In this document: positions 33,115 to 43,761 of the stretch, one piece after another
Position numbering within the stretch: position 1 is the first letter of the stretch
How the letters are laid out: each line of letters begins with the position of its first letter
Assembly: GCA_905234465.1 (NCBI GenBank)
Contig: CAJOHU010000002.1
Location: 1-48,414, forward strand
Length of the DNA: 48,414 bases
Origin: an uncultured Alphaproteobacteria bacterium
GTDB taxonomy: Bacteria > Pseudomonadota > Alphaproteobacteria > Rs-D84
Reading direction: 5' to 3'
Made by a program: the position numbers and the translations under genes
The notes under the pieces: generated by a model
Database searches by the model: none
Seen by the model: the letters and a program-made list of their open reading frames with translations, nothing else
What the model was told of the DNA's origin: nothing

Positions 33115-34950
33115 ATGAAAATAAGAAATATCGCAATTATCGCGCATGTTGACCACGGGAAAACAACCCTGGTTGATAACATGCTGAAACAGGCGGGAAC
33201 ATTCCGCGAAAATGAACGCGTTGAAGACCGCGTCATGGACAGCGGTGACATTGAACGTGAACGCGGCATCACTATTTCTGCGAAGCCGACATCCATATTA
33301 TGGCATGATTATAAAATCAACATTGTTGACACCCCTGGGCACGCAGATTTTGGCGGCGAAGTTGAACGCATTTTATCTATGGTTGATGGTGTGGTGTTGT
33401 TGGTGGACAGTGCCGAAGGTCCCCTGCCCCAAACAAAATTTGTGTTAAGCAAGGCGTTAAAACTTGGACTGCGCCCGATTGTTTGCATAAACAAAGTTGA
33501 CCGTTCTGACGCCCGCCCTGATGAAGTTTTATCTGAAACATTTGATTTGTTTGATAAATTGGGTGCCGATGACGCACAGCTTGATTTTCCATACCTGTAT
33601 GCGGTTGGACGCGATGGATGGGCGGTGCGCAACCTGAATGACGAACACAAAGATTTGACACCACTGTTCCAATTAATTGTTGACCATGTACCGGCACCAG
33701 ACTGTAATGGTTCACGTTGCCAACTGAATGCACCGTTTACCATGCTGGCGACAACATTGGAATCAGACCCGTATGTCGGTCGCATTTTGACCGGAAAAAT
33801 TGAATCTGGAACTGTTCGCGTTGGACAATCTGTCAAGGCGATAAATATGCGCGGCGAATTTATTGAGAACGCGAAAATTACAAAAATTATTGAACATCGC
33901 GGAATTGAAAAAATTTCACGCGAATCTGCATCGGCGGGTGACATTGTTGTTGTCGCTGGTTTCACCAAAGCGACGGTGGCGGACACCCTGTGTGACCCGT
34001 CGGTCACCGAACCAATTCCGGCAATGCCTATTGATCCGCCAACACTGACCATGACATTTTTTGTGAACACTTCGCCACTGGCGGGGCAAAGCGGCAAAAA
34101 ATTGACTTCGCGCATGATTGGCGAACGTCTGTTCAAAGAAGCCGAAACAAACATCGCCCTGCGTGTCACACAAAGTGAAAACAAGGAATCTTTTGAAGTG
34201 TCTGGCCGCGGCGAATTACAGTTAGGTATTTTAATTGAAACAATGCGTCGTGAAGGTTTCGAACTTTCTGTATCGCGTCCACGCGTCGTAATGCAGACCG
34301 GACCAAACGGCGAAATGTTGGAACCGATTGAAGAAGTTGTCGTTGATGTTGATGATGAATTCAGTGGTGTTGTCATAGAGAAAATGACCAAACGCAAAGC
34401 AACAATCACTGAAATGAAGGCATCCGGTGCCGGAAAAACCCGAATCGTGTTTTCTGCGCCATCACGTGGATTGATTGGTTACTTGTCAGAATTCAGAACC
34501 GACACACGTGGCACAGGCATTATGAATCGGGTGTTTGATAAATACGATGTTTATCGCGGACCTATTGTTCAATATCGCCCGGGGGTTTTGGTATCAATGG
34601 AAAAGGGTTCAACTGCGACATACGCACTACACAATTTGGAACCGCGCGGTGTTCTGTTTGTTGGCCCCCAAACCGAGGTTTATTCCGGCATGATTATTGG
34701 CGAACACAGCAAAGAAAATGACTTGGAAGTGAACCCTGTCAAAGGCAAAGAACTGACCAATGTGCGCAGTGTCACGGCTGATGAAAAATTGTTTTTGGCG
34801 CCACCACGCAAAATGTCTTTGGAAGAAGCTTTGTCTTATATCCAAGACGATGAATTGGTAGAGGTCACGCCTGCGACAATTCGTCTGCGCAAAAAAGAAT
34901 TAGACAGTGGTAAACGCAAAAAACTTGCCCGTGGCAAAGAAGAAATATAA
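33115..34950 (+). CDS. typA: translational GTPase TypA/BipA
   Basis: Start at MKIRNIAIIAHVDHGKTT. Motifs DTPGHADF and NKVD. 611 aa. Confidence 0.93.
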   Translation: MKIRNIAIIAHVDHGKTTLVDNMLKQAGTFRENERVEDRVMDSGDIERERGITISAKPTSILWHDYKINIVDTPGHADFGGEVERILSMVDGVVLLVDSAEGPLPQTKFVLSKALKLGLRPIVCINKVDRSDARPDEVLSETFDLFDKLGADDAQLDFPYLYAVGRDGWAVRNLNDEHKDLTPLFQLIVDHVPAPDCNGSRCQLNAPFTMLATTLESDPYVGRILTGKIESGTVRVGQSVKAINMRGEFIENAKITKIIEHRGIEKISRESASAGDIVVVAGFTKATVADTLCDPSVTEPIPAMPIDPPTLTMTFFVNTSPLAGQSGKKLTSRMIGERLFKEAETNIALRVTQSENKESFEVSGRGELQLGILIETMRREGFELSVSRPRVVMQTGPNGEMLEPIEEVVVDVDDEFSGVVIEKMTKRKATITEMKASGAGKTRIVFSAPSRGLIGYLSEFRTDTRGTGIMNRVFDKYDVYRGPIVQYRPGVLVSMEKGSTATYALHNLEPRGVLFVGPQTEVYSGMIIGEHSKENDLEVNPVKGKELTNVRSVTADEKLFLAPPRKMSLEEALSYIQDDELVEVTPATIRLRKKELDSGKRKKLARGKEEI

Positions 34951-34978
34951 AATCGCCCATTCGGGCGGTTTTTATTTG
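34951..34978 (+). terminator. intrinsic terminator after typA
   Basis: AATCGCCC-ATTC-GGGCGGTT followed by TTTATTT. Confidence 0.8.
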
Positions 34979-35015
34979 TATTAAACAATATTTGCGTTTA
35001 TAATCTGTATGAAAC

Positions 35016-35864
35016 ATGAAGCCCAAAAGATTATTTTTATTTGCGGGATATGATAAACAATGTGTCATTGATGACGCGCTGATTTATTATGTGTCTAACA
35101 TGGCGCGGTTCGGCGATATTATCTTATATATGGATTGCGATGCGAAAAAATCAGAGATGAATAAGGTCAAAAAATATTGTCTGTATGCGAACGCCACCCG
35201 TCACGGTGAATATGATTTTGGCTCATATAAACGCGCGTACATTTGGGCACGCGATAATGATATTTTGAAAAATTATGATGTGGTTTATCTGATAAACGAT
35301 TCTGTTTTTGGTCCATTACAAAATATTAGAAAGACACTGGATGATTTAGAATCTATAAAATCAGATGCAGCGGGATTGGTTGTATCCAAACACAGAACAC
35401 ACAGTTATATGGAATCTTGGTTTGTGCGATTAAACCGCACGGTATTTTTATCAAAATGGTTTGATGAATTTATGTGTTGTATAACACACGAATCATCAAA
35501 AACAGATATCACCATAAAATACGAACACGGGCTAAGCAATTTGATAACAAAAAATGGTTGTTCTTGGGGTGGCGTGTACAAAATCAATGGTCGTTATACA
35601 TACAATCACCCAAAGGCTTTATTCTTGCGCGGATGTCCGTTTATTAAAAAGATGTCTTTTACACGTCACAATGGCGCCGTTGGAAATCAGATAAAATATA
35701 TACTGGCGCATGCGAACACAAATGCGGTGCGCGCGATAAAAAAATCTGCGTCACGTGTTTACGGTGATAAATATATGAAATGGTTATTAACATATAGCCC
35801 ATTTAAGATAATCTTGCGTAATATCATATATGCAACAAGCAAAATAACAGGCAACAAAAAATGA
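35016..35864 (+). CDS. RgpF/COG3754-like polysaccharide biosynthesis protein (putative glycosyltransferase)
   Basis: RHGEYDFGSYKRAY and YLINDSVFGP resemble rhamnan-synthesis-F family motifs. A TATAAT at 34999-35004 leaves only ~4-5 nt of leader. Confidence 0.5.
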   Translation: MKPKRLFLFAGYDKQCVIDDALIYYVSNMARFGDIILYMDCDAKKSEMNKVKKYCLYANATRHGEYDFGSYKRAYIWARDNDILKNYDVVYLINDSVFGPLQNIRKTLDDLESIKSDAAGLVVSKHRTHSYMESWFVRLNRTVFLSKWFDEFMCCITHESSKTDITIKYEHGLSNLITKNGCSWGGVYKINGRYTYNHPKALFLRGCPFIKKMSFTRHNGAVGNQIKYILAHANTNAVRAIKKSASRVYGDKYMKWLLTYSPFKIILRNIIYATSKITGNKK

Positions 35865-36691
35865 CAAAAAAAATTGCTGCCATTACAATGGCACGGAACG
35901 ATGAATTCTTTTTATCACGATGGGTTAAATATTATGGCCGCGAATTAGGCATAAAAAATTTATACATTATTTTGGACGGCACAGACCAAGAACCACCCAA
36001 AAATGCACGGGGCGCAAACATTATAAAATTACCACATCGTGACATGTCACGCGCCGCGGGTGACAAATACAGGATTGGCAAAATATCCGACATTGCAGCA
36101 GATTTATTCAAAAAATATGACATAGTTATCGGATGTGACAGTGATGAATTTCTAATTGTTGACCCCGGGGCAAAAAAATCTCTACGCGAATATTTGTCAC
36201 AATCAAAATACAAAACAAATGTATCTGGGCTTGGGCTTGACATTGGGCAAAACATGCGAACAGAAAAAACACTGGACAGAAAAAAAACAATGTTGGCTCA
36301 GCGCGAATATGCATTATTATCAACCCGATACACTAAACCGGTGGTTCTGTTTCGTCCCGCCCGTTGGGGCAGTGGTTTTCATCATGTAAAACGTCACAAT
36401 TTTCACATAGATAAAAATTTATACTTATTACATTTCGGCGCGGTTGACATGGACATGTTGATTGCCAAGGCGGCGCACCGCGGTTCTGATTGGGTAAATC
36501 ATTTGCGCCGGCGTGGGAATGGAACAATAAATATTGTCACCAACAAACACGCACATGATGAAACATACATAAAAATTGCGCGCACGATTCAGCGCATATG
36601 TCGTCCAATTTATGCCCCCGGCAAACCATGTATGCTTGGTATCAAATGGGTTATAAAAATTCCGTCACGTTTCAAAAGGCAAAGGATATAA
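35861..36691 (+). CDS. glycosyltransferase family 2-like protein
   Basis: ITMARNDEFFLSRWVKYYGRELGIKNLYIILDGTDQ and GCDSDEF (DxD-like). ATGA overlap with the upstream gene. Confidence 0.6.
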   Translation: MTKKIAAITMARNDEFFLSRWVKYYGRELGIKNLYIILDGTDQEPPKNARGANIIKLPHRDMSRAAGDKYRIGKISDIAADLFKKYDIVIGCDSDEFLIVDPGAKKSLREYLSQSKYKTNVSGLGLDIGQNMRTEKTLDRKKTMLAQREYALLSTRYTKPVVLFRPARWGSGFHHVKRHNFHIDKNLYLLHFGAVDMDMLIAKAAHRGSDWVNHLRRRGNGTINIVTNKHAHDETYIKIARTIQRICRPIYAPGKPCMLGIKWVIKIPSRFKRQRI

Positions 36692-36693
36692 CA

Positions 36694-37704
36694 ATGAAAG
36701 ACATAAAAATAGATATAGTTTATCTTTGGGTTGATAGCACCGACAAAAACTGGCAAGCGGAAAAAAATAAATGGTATGAAAAAATTACCGGCGAGACACC
36801 TATTTATTCTGGTGCGGCGGGCGATGAAAGATACCGCGACAATGGTGAGTTTTTATATTCTTTGCGCAGTGTGGCTGAAAATATTCAATGGGTAAATCAT
36901 ATTTATATTATAACCGGGTTCAACCAAGTTCCAAAATGGTTAAACACAAAACACAAAAAAATCACTATTGTTCCACACGAACAGATTATGCCCAAAGATG
37001 CAATTCCTACATTCAACGCAACCGCAATAGAAATGTGCATGCCAAACATTCCTGGGCTTAGCGAACATTTTATTCTGATGAATGATGACATGTTCATAAA
37101 TAAAAATTTAAAACCTTCTTTCTTTTTTGATAAGCGCGGTCGCGCAATTGTCCGATTCAGCGCGCCCCATAAACGTCAACGAAACATTGCGCGTTGGATG
37201 GAAAAATCGGATAAATATGTTCAGACATTGATATTATCTGCCAAAATGATTGCGGACGCGTATGGGAAAAAATATTATTGGGCGCGCCCATCACATGGGG
37301 TTGACCCGTACATAAAATCTTCTTGGTGCGAATGCCGCAATCATCCGCTGTTCAATAAACAAATAGATTCCCAAATTCGCAATAAATTCCGAACCAACAA
37401 TGAAATTCAACGATGGATGATGAATCTGTATGACCTGGCGCATGGGCGTGCAAAGTTTATACATTCACGCGGACATAAAAATGGGCGACATAAAATAATA
37501 AATATGATTTATAATTTTATATATTTTATGAAAACCAGAAAATCTAATGTATGCGTTCCGAATGTCCACGACCAAGCAGAACATTTATCAACTGCGGCAA
37601 CATTCTGTATAAACGACTGTCCGTCAAATACCGCTGAAATATTGCGCGAAAATCGTGAATTCTTAGAATCTCGTTTTCCAAAAAAATGTGAATTTGAAAA
37701 ATAA
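36694..37704 (+). CDS. Stealth-family hexose-1-phosphoryl transferase (capsule phosphotransferase-like)
   Basis: Start at MKDIKIDIVYLWVD (ATG 36694). Stealth CR1 IVYLWVDSTD, CR2 YRDNGEFLYSLRSV, then ILMNDDMF. Confidence 0.75.
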   Translation: MKDIKIDIVYLWVDSTDKNWQAEKNKWYEKITGETPIYSGAAGDERYRDNGEFLYSLRSVAENIQWVNHIYIITGFNQVPKWLNTKHKKITIVPHEQIMPKDAIPTFNATAIEMCMPNIPGLSEHFILMNDDMFINKNLKPSFFFDKRGRAIVRFSAPHKRQRNIARWMEKSDKYVQTLILSAKMIADAYGKKYYWARPSHGVDPYIKSSWCECRNHPLFNKQIDSQIRNKFRTNNEIQRWMMNLYDLAHGRAKFIHSRGHKNGRHKIINMIYNFIYFMKTRKSNVCVPNVHDQAEHLSTAATFCINDCPSNTAEILRENREFLESRFPKKCEFEK

Positions 37705-37730
37705 AAAAGTGCAGAAACTGCACTTTTTTT
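37703..37730. terminator. bidirectional intrinsic terminator between convergent glycan genes
   Basis: AAAAAAGTGCAG-AAA-CTGCACTTTTTTT. Confidence 0.85.
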
Positions 37731-38742
37731 ATAAACCAATAAATTTATAAATTTTTTCACGCAATCCGTACCATTCATCAGGCACACTGTCAAACACCCC
37801 CATTTTATTCATGCGTACAAACTCATCACGCGCCGTATCCAATTCTTGCGCCGTCTTCAAATATTTAATTTTACGGTATGCCCAATTCACAAACAACCAC
37901 ATAAATTTTTCTTGCCACATTTTCATCTGATAATCAGATGCAGATTTTTTATACAGGCTGTATGCATTGGAAATCCCCGTACACAACGATTGCATTATTC
38001 TTAATTGTTTCGCCGACAAAACAATTCCACCAAAATTCGGTAAATAATAATATAACGGTAAATTTATAATTGTCACACGCGGCGCCTTTAACATTATCGC
38101 ACTCCACCATGGGAAATCTTCAAACAATATTCCTTTGATAAACGGCGTATTTTCTATCAAAGATTTTCTGTACATGTTTTTCCACACCTGACAATGCTTA
38201 ATCAACCAACGCCGATTTTTATTTCCCGCATTATGCGCGCGTTCAGTTGCATATTCAAAGACATTATCTGTGGTACGTGATTTTATCTTTTTAACATCGT
38301 ATTTTTTGCCAATTCTCCATGGGCGAATATCATCTGTATTCATACCCAATTTATGCATAACCATCAAACGCGGACGATAAATTCTGTCATATGTAAACGA
38401 TACTATATCAGATTCATCCCGAATCGCCATCGCATAGGCAATTTCCATTGTTTGTGGATGAATAAAATCATCACTGTCCAGGTACATAATATATTCGCCC
38501 TTGGCGTATTTCATTCCGACATTTCGCGCATCAGACAAACCACCGTTTTCTTTGTGAATAACAATAAAGCGTTTATCCTTCTTGGCGTATTCTTCGGCAA
38601 TTTTTCCAGAATTATCGGGTGACCCATCATCCACACAAATCGCCTGAAAGTCAGAAAAAGTTTGATTTTTAACACTGTCCAAACACCTGCGCAGATATTT
38701 TTCAACATTATACATTGGAATAATTATAGATATAGCCGGCAT
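37729..38742 (-). CDS. GT2-family glycosyltransferase
   Basis: Motifs ISIIIPMYNVEKYL, CVDDGSPDNS and YLDSDD. Confidence 0.85.
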   Translation of the reverse strand: MPAISIIIPMYNVEKYLRRCLDSVKNQTFSDFQAICVDDGSPDNSGKIAEEYAKKDKRFIVIHKENGGLSDARNVGMKYAKGEYIMYLDSDDFIHPQTMEIAYAMAIRDESDIVSFTYDRIYRPRLMVMHKLGMNTDDIRPWRIGKKYDVKKIKSRTTDNVFEYATERAHNAGNKNRRWLIKHCQVWKNMYRKSLIENTPFIKGILFEDFPWWSAIMLKAPRVTIINLPLYYYLPNFGGIVLSAKQLRIMQSLCTGISNAYSLYKKSASDYQMKMWQEKFMWLFVNWAYRKIKYLKTAQELDTARDEFVRMNKMGVFDSVPDEWYGLREKIYKFIGL

Positions 38743-38760
38743 ATTTAGGTCCTTTTCTTT

Positions 38761-39669
38761 TTACATTTTGTTAACCATCACATCTGCGAATGTTCCGGGT
38801 ACAATATCTTTAACCCACGGACTGTTATAAGTTGTTTTCTGGAAAAACGCACCAGATGTCACTTTATCAAAAATCTTTTTATTAAATGGTTTTGCGCCAT
38901 AATCCCACCACAGCGCATGCGTTGGGTCTTGGTCTATGTGCGGCATTTTTGCGAAATATTTTTTTGCCCGCACATCATTTTGAACCAATGTCTTGAATAA
39001 TAATTGATGCATAAAGTAATCAAAATTATGGTTTTCATGCATCCAATAATCAAGAATCATCGCACGCCACGCATCCAACAGATATGCACCTTTGCGTGCA
39101 CGGATAAAGCAATTTTGCATATAACTGTACGGACTGCCAACCTTTTGACCCGCCATGTATACAAAGAAATCTTCTTTAACAATCCAATCTGGAATTGGCG
39201 CGGTGACAAACCCGGTTGAATCAAGCCAGAATCCGCCATGCTCGTACAGCAATTCAACGCGGCAAATATCTGCAAAATGTGCATGCTTAATTTTACCCTG
39301 TTTACGTTTTTCCATAATCTGGGGCGGCAAAGTTATATAGTCAAAAATAGTATCTTCATCCAACACGACTAATTCTTGTTTACAGTGCTTACGAATACTG
39401 CGGAAACACGCCTTTACTAAATCTGGTGCATTTTCTTCGCCCTGCAACCACAGTGTCCAAATCTTTTCACCTTTATCATTTTTTACAACTTTGCGTTCTG
39501 GAATCGCGGCGGCGGCGGGCAAATATCGCCGAAAATATTTTGGAATACGTTCTGCCAAAATATCGCTGCGAATTTTGCGGCGCACTTCGCGCGGGCGCCA
39601 AAACCAATTCAAAACATGCGCATGCAATACAATACCCGACAAAGCCCACATTCTTTTAAGATTCATCAT
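38761..39669 (-). CDS. capsular polysaccharide synthesis (Caps_synth/DXD sugar transferase-like) protein
   Basis: Motifs IWTLWLQGEENAP and HFADICRVELLYEHGGFWLDST. RBS AAGGAG. The second ATG at 39666 is also possible. Confidence 0.65.
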   Translation of the reverse strand: MMNLKRMWALSGIVLHAHVLNWFWRPREVRRKIRSDILAERIPKYFRRYLPAAAAIPERKVVKNDKGEKIWTLWLQGEENAPDLVKACFRSIRKHCKQELVVLDEDTIFDYITLPPQIMEKRKQGKIKHAHFADICRVELLYEHGGFWLDSTGFVTAPIPDWIVKEDFFVYMAGQKVGSPYSYMQNCFIRARKGAYLLDAWRAMILDYWMHENHNFDYFMHQLLFKTLVQNDVRAKKYFAKMPHIDQDPTHALWWDYGAKPFNKKIFDKVTSGAFFQKTTYNSPWVKDIVPGTFADVMVNKM

Positions 39670-39684
39670 CTACTCCTTTGCATT

Positions 39685-39714
39685 GAAATCAGGCGGCAAA
39701 TACATGCCGCCTGA
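39685..39714 (-). terminator. hairpin after recA
   Basis: The minus strand reads TCAGGCGGCA-TGTATT-TGCCGCCTGA followed by TTTCAAT. The stem is 10 bp but the T tail is weak. Confidence 0.55.
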
Positions 39715-39720
39715 CAAGAC

Positions 39721-40797
39721 TTATTCGTCCACGCCTTCGCCCGAAGAACTGTCATCATCATCAGACGGTCCCATGGTCATTTCTTCGACAATACCATTCG
39801 CACGCGCCATAATTTTTTCTAACAATTCGGCCTGGGCATCTGGATGGTCGCGCAACCATTGACGTGCATTTGCTTCGCCCTGACCTATGCGTTCATTGTT
39901 ATAAGAATAGAAACTGCCGGCTTTATCAATAAAGTCGTATTTTACACCCATATCTAAAATTTCACTGATACGAGAAATGCCTTCGCCATACATAATTTTG
40001 AAGTCAACCGTACGGAATGGTGGCGCAACTTTATTTTTCACAATCTTAACACGGGTTTCATTACCGATAACATTTTCTTTGTCTTTGATTGCACCTGTGC
40101 GGCGAATATCCAAACGAACCGACGCATAGAACTTTAACGCATTTCCGCCACTGGTTGTTTCCGGATTACCGAACATAACCCCTATTTTCATACGAATCTG
40201 GTTAATGAATATCAGCAAAGTATTACTGCGCGAAACAGACCCTGCTAATTTTTTAAGTGATTGACTCATTAATCTGGCGGTTGTTCCAACAAAACTATCG
40301 CCAATATTACCTTCTAATTCAGCCTTGGGTACCAATGCCGCAACCGAATCAATTACAACTACATCAACCGCACCAGATTTGATAAGCGTATCGGCAATTT
40401 CCAATGCCTGTTCACCCGAATCGGGTTGTGATATAATAAGGTTTGCTACATCTACGCCCAGTTTTTTCGCATAACTTGGGTCCAATGCATTTTCTGCGTC
40501 AATATACGCACATGTGCCACCCTTCTTTTGTGCTTCGGCAACGGCGTGCAATGCCAGTGTTGTTTTACCACTGCTTTCCGGGCCGTATATTTCAACGATA
40601 CGACCACGCGGGTACCCACCAATGCCCAGCGCAATATCCAAACCCAAAGACCCCGAAGATATTGCCTCTATATTCTGTTGGGAACCGTCGCCCATTTTCA
40701 TAATTGCTTCTTTACCAAATTGCTTTTGAATTTGTGCCAATGCAGATTCCAATGCAGGATTTTTTGCCCCTGTTGCAACAACTTCTTTCTTTGCCAT
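39721..40797 (-). CDS. recA: recombinase RecA
   Basis: Motifs GPESSGKTT and [14 protein letters not shown], with an acidic tail [13 protein letters not shown]. Confidence 0.95.
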   Translation of the reverse strand: MAKKEVVATGAKNPALESALAQIQKQFGKEAIMKMGDGSQQNIEAISSGSLGLDIALGIGGYPRGRIVEIYGPESSGKTTLALHAVAEAQKKGGTCAYIDAENALDPSYAKKLGVDVANLIISQPDSGEQALEIADTLIKSGAVDVVVIDSVAALVPKAELEGNIGDSFVGTTARLMSQSLKKLAGSVSRSNTLLIFINQIRMKIGVMFGNPETTSGGNALKFYASVRLDIRRTGAIKDKENVIGNETRVKIVKNKVAPPFRTVDFKIMYGEGISRISEILDMGVKYDFIDKAGSFYSYNNERIGQGEANARQWLRDHPDAQAELLEKIMARANGIVEEMTMGPSDDDDSSSGEGVDE

Positions 40798-40854
40798 AAA
40801 AAATACCCCTTTTCTTATATTTCAGATGATACAAAGAAAAAACCGCCTGTGCAA

Positions 40855-42039
40855 TTATTTTTTAGCCATTAATACCCCGACAGACAAAACCCCAATGGCA
40901 AATGTGACCAACCACACCGCAGATGTCGCGCCAAAGAAAGTTATACATGTTGCCCCAAGGACCGGGACAATAACATTTGGAAAATTCACACTTGTACGAA
41001 ACACACCGTAAAACCGGGCTTGCTGATTTTTCTGGGTATTATCAAAGAACAACAAATCATGCACAGGTTCCATGAATGCGCCTGAAATCTGCCATAAAAC
41101 AAATATCACCAAAACAGGAAAACCTGTGGCAACCGTTGCCCACGCAGAAAACGCTGCAAAAGATCCAAATCCCAAAACCAGCCATATTTTTTTACCGAAT
41201 CGCCGCACCAATCGCCCCATAACATCGGACAGCAGCAAATATGGTATTATACCCAAACTAAGCACCCATCCCAATGTATCGCGACTAAAACCGTTTTCTA
41301 TGACAACAATTGGCACATACAGGTATCGCATCGCCCGCAAAGAATAAAACCCAAAATTTACTGCATATGCGCGCAACATTCCTGGTGTACGAAAAAACAG
41401 TCTGGTATTACGCCACAACGCCCGCATTGTTATTCGTGGGTTCACGGGCTTTATTTTCTTGTCTTCTTGACTAAGGCGAAAATACTTAAAGAACACCCAC
41501 GCCGCCATATATATCGCAGATGACAGAAAAAATGCCGACCTGTTACCGAATCTGGTTGCCACGGTCACCGCCAACATTGGCGCCAACAACGCCCCGACAT
41601 TTACCCATAAATGGTATCGGGCATTTAAACGCGCCATACCAATATTACCCGCAAAATCTGACATAAATAACGGCACCAACATCGCCGTAAGGATAATTGC
41701 AAAACCACTTGTATAATCCAACACGATAAAAGTACGTGGCAACACCGAAAAACCCATCATCGCATAACACGCGACCAACATAAGCAACGAAAAATAGAAA
41801 ACTTTTACCTTGGAAAACTGACGAAAAATCTCGTTAGCAAACAGTCCGACAATTACACAAAACACAGAATAAATTGCGACATAGATACCAACAATCGCGG
41901 AACTTTTGAATATTTCTAATATAACCAGAGAATACACCGCATTATAAATACCATCGGCAAACCCAGTAAATATACCAAGGTTTGCGAATGAAAAACCGTT
42001 CAACGACCCCCGCCCAGAAATATATTTCTCTTTGGCCAT
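40855..42039 (-). CDS. MFS transporter
   Basis: 394 aa with ~12 hydrophobic segments. The loop motif GRLVRRFGKK is typical of MFS TM2-3/8-9. Confidence 0.75.
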   Translation of the reverse strand: MAKEKYISGRGSLNGFSFANLGIFTGFADGIYNAVYSLVILEIFKSSAIVGIYVAIYSVFCVIVGLFANEIFRQFSKVKVFYFSLLMLVACYAMMGFSVLPRTFIVLDYTSGFAIILTAMLVPLFMSDFAGNIGMARLNARYHLWVNVGALLAPMLAVTVATRFGNRSAFFLSSAIYMAAWVFFKYFRLSQEDKKIKPVNPRITMRALWRNTRLFFRTPGMLRAYAVNFGFYSLRAMRYLYVPIVVIENGFSRDTLGWVLSLGIIPYLLLSDVMGRLVRRFGKKIWLVLGFGSFAAFSAWATVATGFPVLVIFVLWQISGAFMEPVHDLLFFDNTQKNQQARFYGVFRTSVNFPNVIVPVLGATCITFFGATSAVWLVTFAIGVLSVGVLMAKK

Positions 42040-42060
42040 ATACTCTCTCCGTGTTCTGTA

Positions 42061-42077
42061 ATAATATCACAAAAAAG
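42061..42077 (-). promoter_or_regulatory. extended -10 promoter module TTTTTTGTGATATTAT for the MFS gene
   Basis: The minus strand reads GCTTTTTTGTGATATTATTACAGAACACGGAGAGAGTATATG. Here a ~15-nt leader carries a GGAGAG RBS. Confidence 0.45.
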
Positions 42078-42096
42078 CATAAATCGCAAAACCCAA

Positions 42097-42121
42097 CAAA
42101 AAAACGCACCGTTTGGTGCGT
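42097..42121 (-). terminator. intrinsic terminator after secB
   Basis: The minus strand reads ACGCACC-AAAC-GGTGCGT followed by TTTTTTTG. Confidence 0.8.
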
Positions 42122-42141
42122 TATATATTTAATGTGCTAAA

Positions 42142-42573
42142 TTAAGCCTTTTGTTGTTGACGTTTTTCATACATATCTGCGAAATCAACCGGCTGCATCG
42201 CAAACGGTGGGAAACCGGATTCTGCCGTCAACCGTGTCACCAACGCCCGAACAGCAGGGAACAATAACGCCGGCACATCAATCAATAATGTGCGTTTTTT
42301 GGCTTCTTCGTCTTTTTCTTCTTCCATCTGAACTAAACCAGTGTATGTTGTCTCAATCAAGAATATAGATTTAGAATCAGCCTTTAATTTAGAATGAATT
42401 TTTGTAATCAAATCAACCATATACAGATTTTTTTCTGAACCTTTGACCTGCATATCAATGTTTATTTCCAATTCGGCCTGACCGTTATCCTGTTTAAAGA
42501 ATAAATCTGGTACATTTGGGCTTTCAAAAGAAATGTCTTTAAGAAATTGAGATATAATGTTGAACTTTGCCAT
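42142..42573 (-). CDS. secB: protein-export chaperone SecB
   Basis: 143 aa. FNIISQFLKDISFESPNVP and LLFPAVRALVTRLTAESGFPPFAMQPVDF match SecB. Confidence 0.88.
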   Translation of the reverse strand: MAKFNIISQFLKDISFESPNVPDLFFKQDNGQAELEINIDMQVKGSEKNLYMVDLITKIHSKLKADSKSIFLIETTYTGLVQMEEEKDEEAKKRTLLIDVPALLFPAVRALVTRLTAESGFPPFAMQPVDFADMYEKRQQQKA

Positions 42574-42654
42574 TACGATTGCTCCTTTTTTTATGACTCG
42601 TTTTATGATAATATAGCATTATAGAGAAATTTTACAAGTGGGGGATGAAATAAA

Positions 42655-43761
42655 ATGCAAACACAGGTTTTCAGACAGATAATCCGCATTGCAACGTTGG
42701 GGGTATTTGGATTTATATTGGCATCATGCGACCTGTCAACACCGACACACAGTGGCGACGATTCGGTCATACCAACAAATAATCTTAAAAAAGTATCTTA
42801 TTCGGATCTGCCCGATTGGGACAAAGACGATGTCAGATATGCACTCCAAGCATTCCGTAATTCATGCAAGGCAAAAATTCAATACCGCGGACGTGTTATT
42901 CCTGACCGGGCATTGTTTGAAGAAAAATGTGCTATGTTGCCCAGTGCCAGTGCCGATACCGCAACCGTGCGCACATGGTTTGAATCACATTTTCAACCAT
43001 ATAAGGTATACAATGATAACGGCACATCACGGGGGACATATACAGGGTACTATTCCCCGGTGATTCCGGGCTGTCGCACCAAAACGGCGGAATGTAACGA
43101 ACCATTAATGGGCATACCAACAGATGGTCGCAATTTCAAAGGCGTATCAAAAAAAGAAATAGTAGAAAATAAAATTGGTCGTGTTCTTTATTGGGCAAAC
43201 ATCGTTGATGTCCAAAACATTCAGATTCAAGGCAGTGGCATGTTAAAATTATCTGACGGCACAATGGTAAAGTTAAACTTTGCGGCGGTAAATGATATGC
43301 CATTCAAATCTATTGGGGAACAACTGCGTAATCGTGGCATACGACCCGATGGTGGTTATTCTGCGGATGCGGTGTGGACCCACTTAAAGAAAAATCCAAA
43401 ACTTGCACACGAAGTTATTTACAATAATCCGCGGTATGTTTATTTCTATGAATCGGTTCCCCCAGATGTGATTGGTAAACTTGGAACACCATTGTCAAAA
43501 ATACGCAGTGTCGCAATGGACGATTCGCTGTATACGTTGGGATTGCCCGTATACATAGACACGAACCTGTCCAACGGACAAAAATTCAGACGTCTTATGA
43601 TTGCCCAAGACACCGGCAGTGCAATTCGCGGTTTTGTACGTGCTGATATATTCTTTGGCAAAGGCGATGAAGCGTATCAATATGCCCATGGTCAACATGC
43701 CCAGGGCGAGATGTATATTTTAATGCCAAAAGAATACACTTATGCCAAACACCAAAAATAA
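42655..43761 (+). CDS. mltA: murein transglycosylase A (MltA-like lipoprotein)
   Basis: Lipobox ILASC. MltA and 3D-domain motifs YYSPVIPG, VAMDDSLY and AQDTGSAIRG. Confidence 0.85.
   Translation: MQTQVFRQIIRIATLGVFGFILASCDLSTPTHSGDDSVIPTNNLKKVSYSDLPDWDKDDVRYALQAFRNSCKAKIQYRGRVIPDRALFEEKCAMLPSASADTATVRTWFESHFQPYKVYNDNGTSRGTYTGYYSPVIPGCRTKTAECNEPLMGIPTDGRNFKGVSKKEIVENKIGRVLYWANIVDVQNIQIQGSGMLKLSDGTMVKLNFAAVNDMPFKSIGEQLRNRGIRPDGGYSADAVWTHLKKNPKLAHEVIYNNPRYVYFYESVPPDVIGKLGTPLSKIRSVAMDDSLYTLGLPVYIDTNLSNGQKFRRLMIAQDTGSAIRGFVRADIFFGKGDEAYQYAHGQHAQGEMYILMPKEYTYAKHQK

Noticed and set aside
33309-34409. 366-aa ORF antisense to typA, and similar long antisense ORFs at 21783..22463, 24208..24795, 19840..20448, 31684..32190, 32784..33296 and 45976..46368
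   Set aside because: Each lies fully inside a well-supported conserved gene on the other strand. Their composition is low-complexity (Ser/Pro/Thr/Ile-rich), no RBS is present and no family resemblance is seen. They are shadow ORFs.
40798-40854. SOS/LexA box upstream of recA
   Set aside because: Neither a CTGT-N8-ACAG nor a GAAC-N7-GAAC/GTTC-N7-GTTC type box is visible in the 57-bp upstream region.
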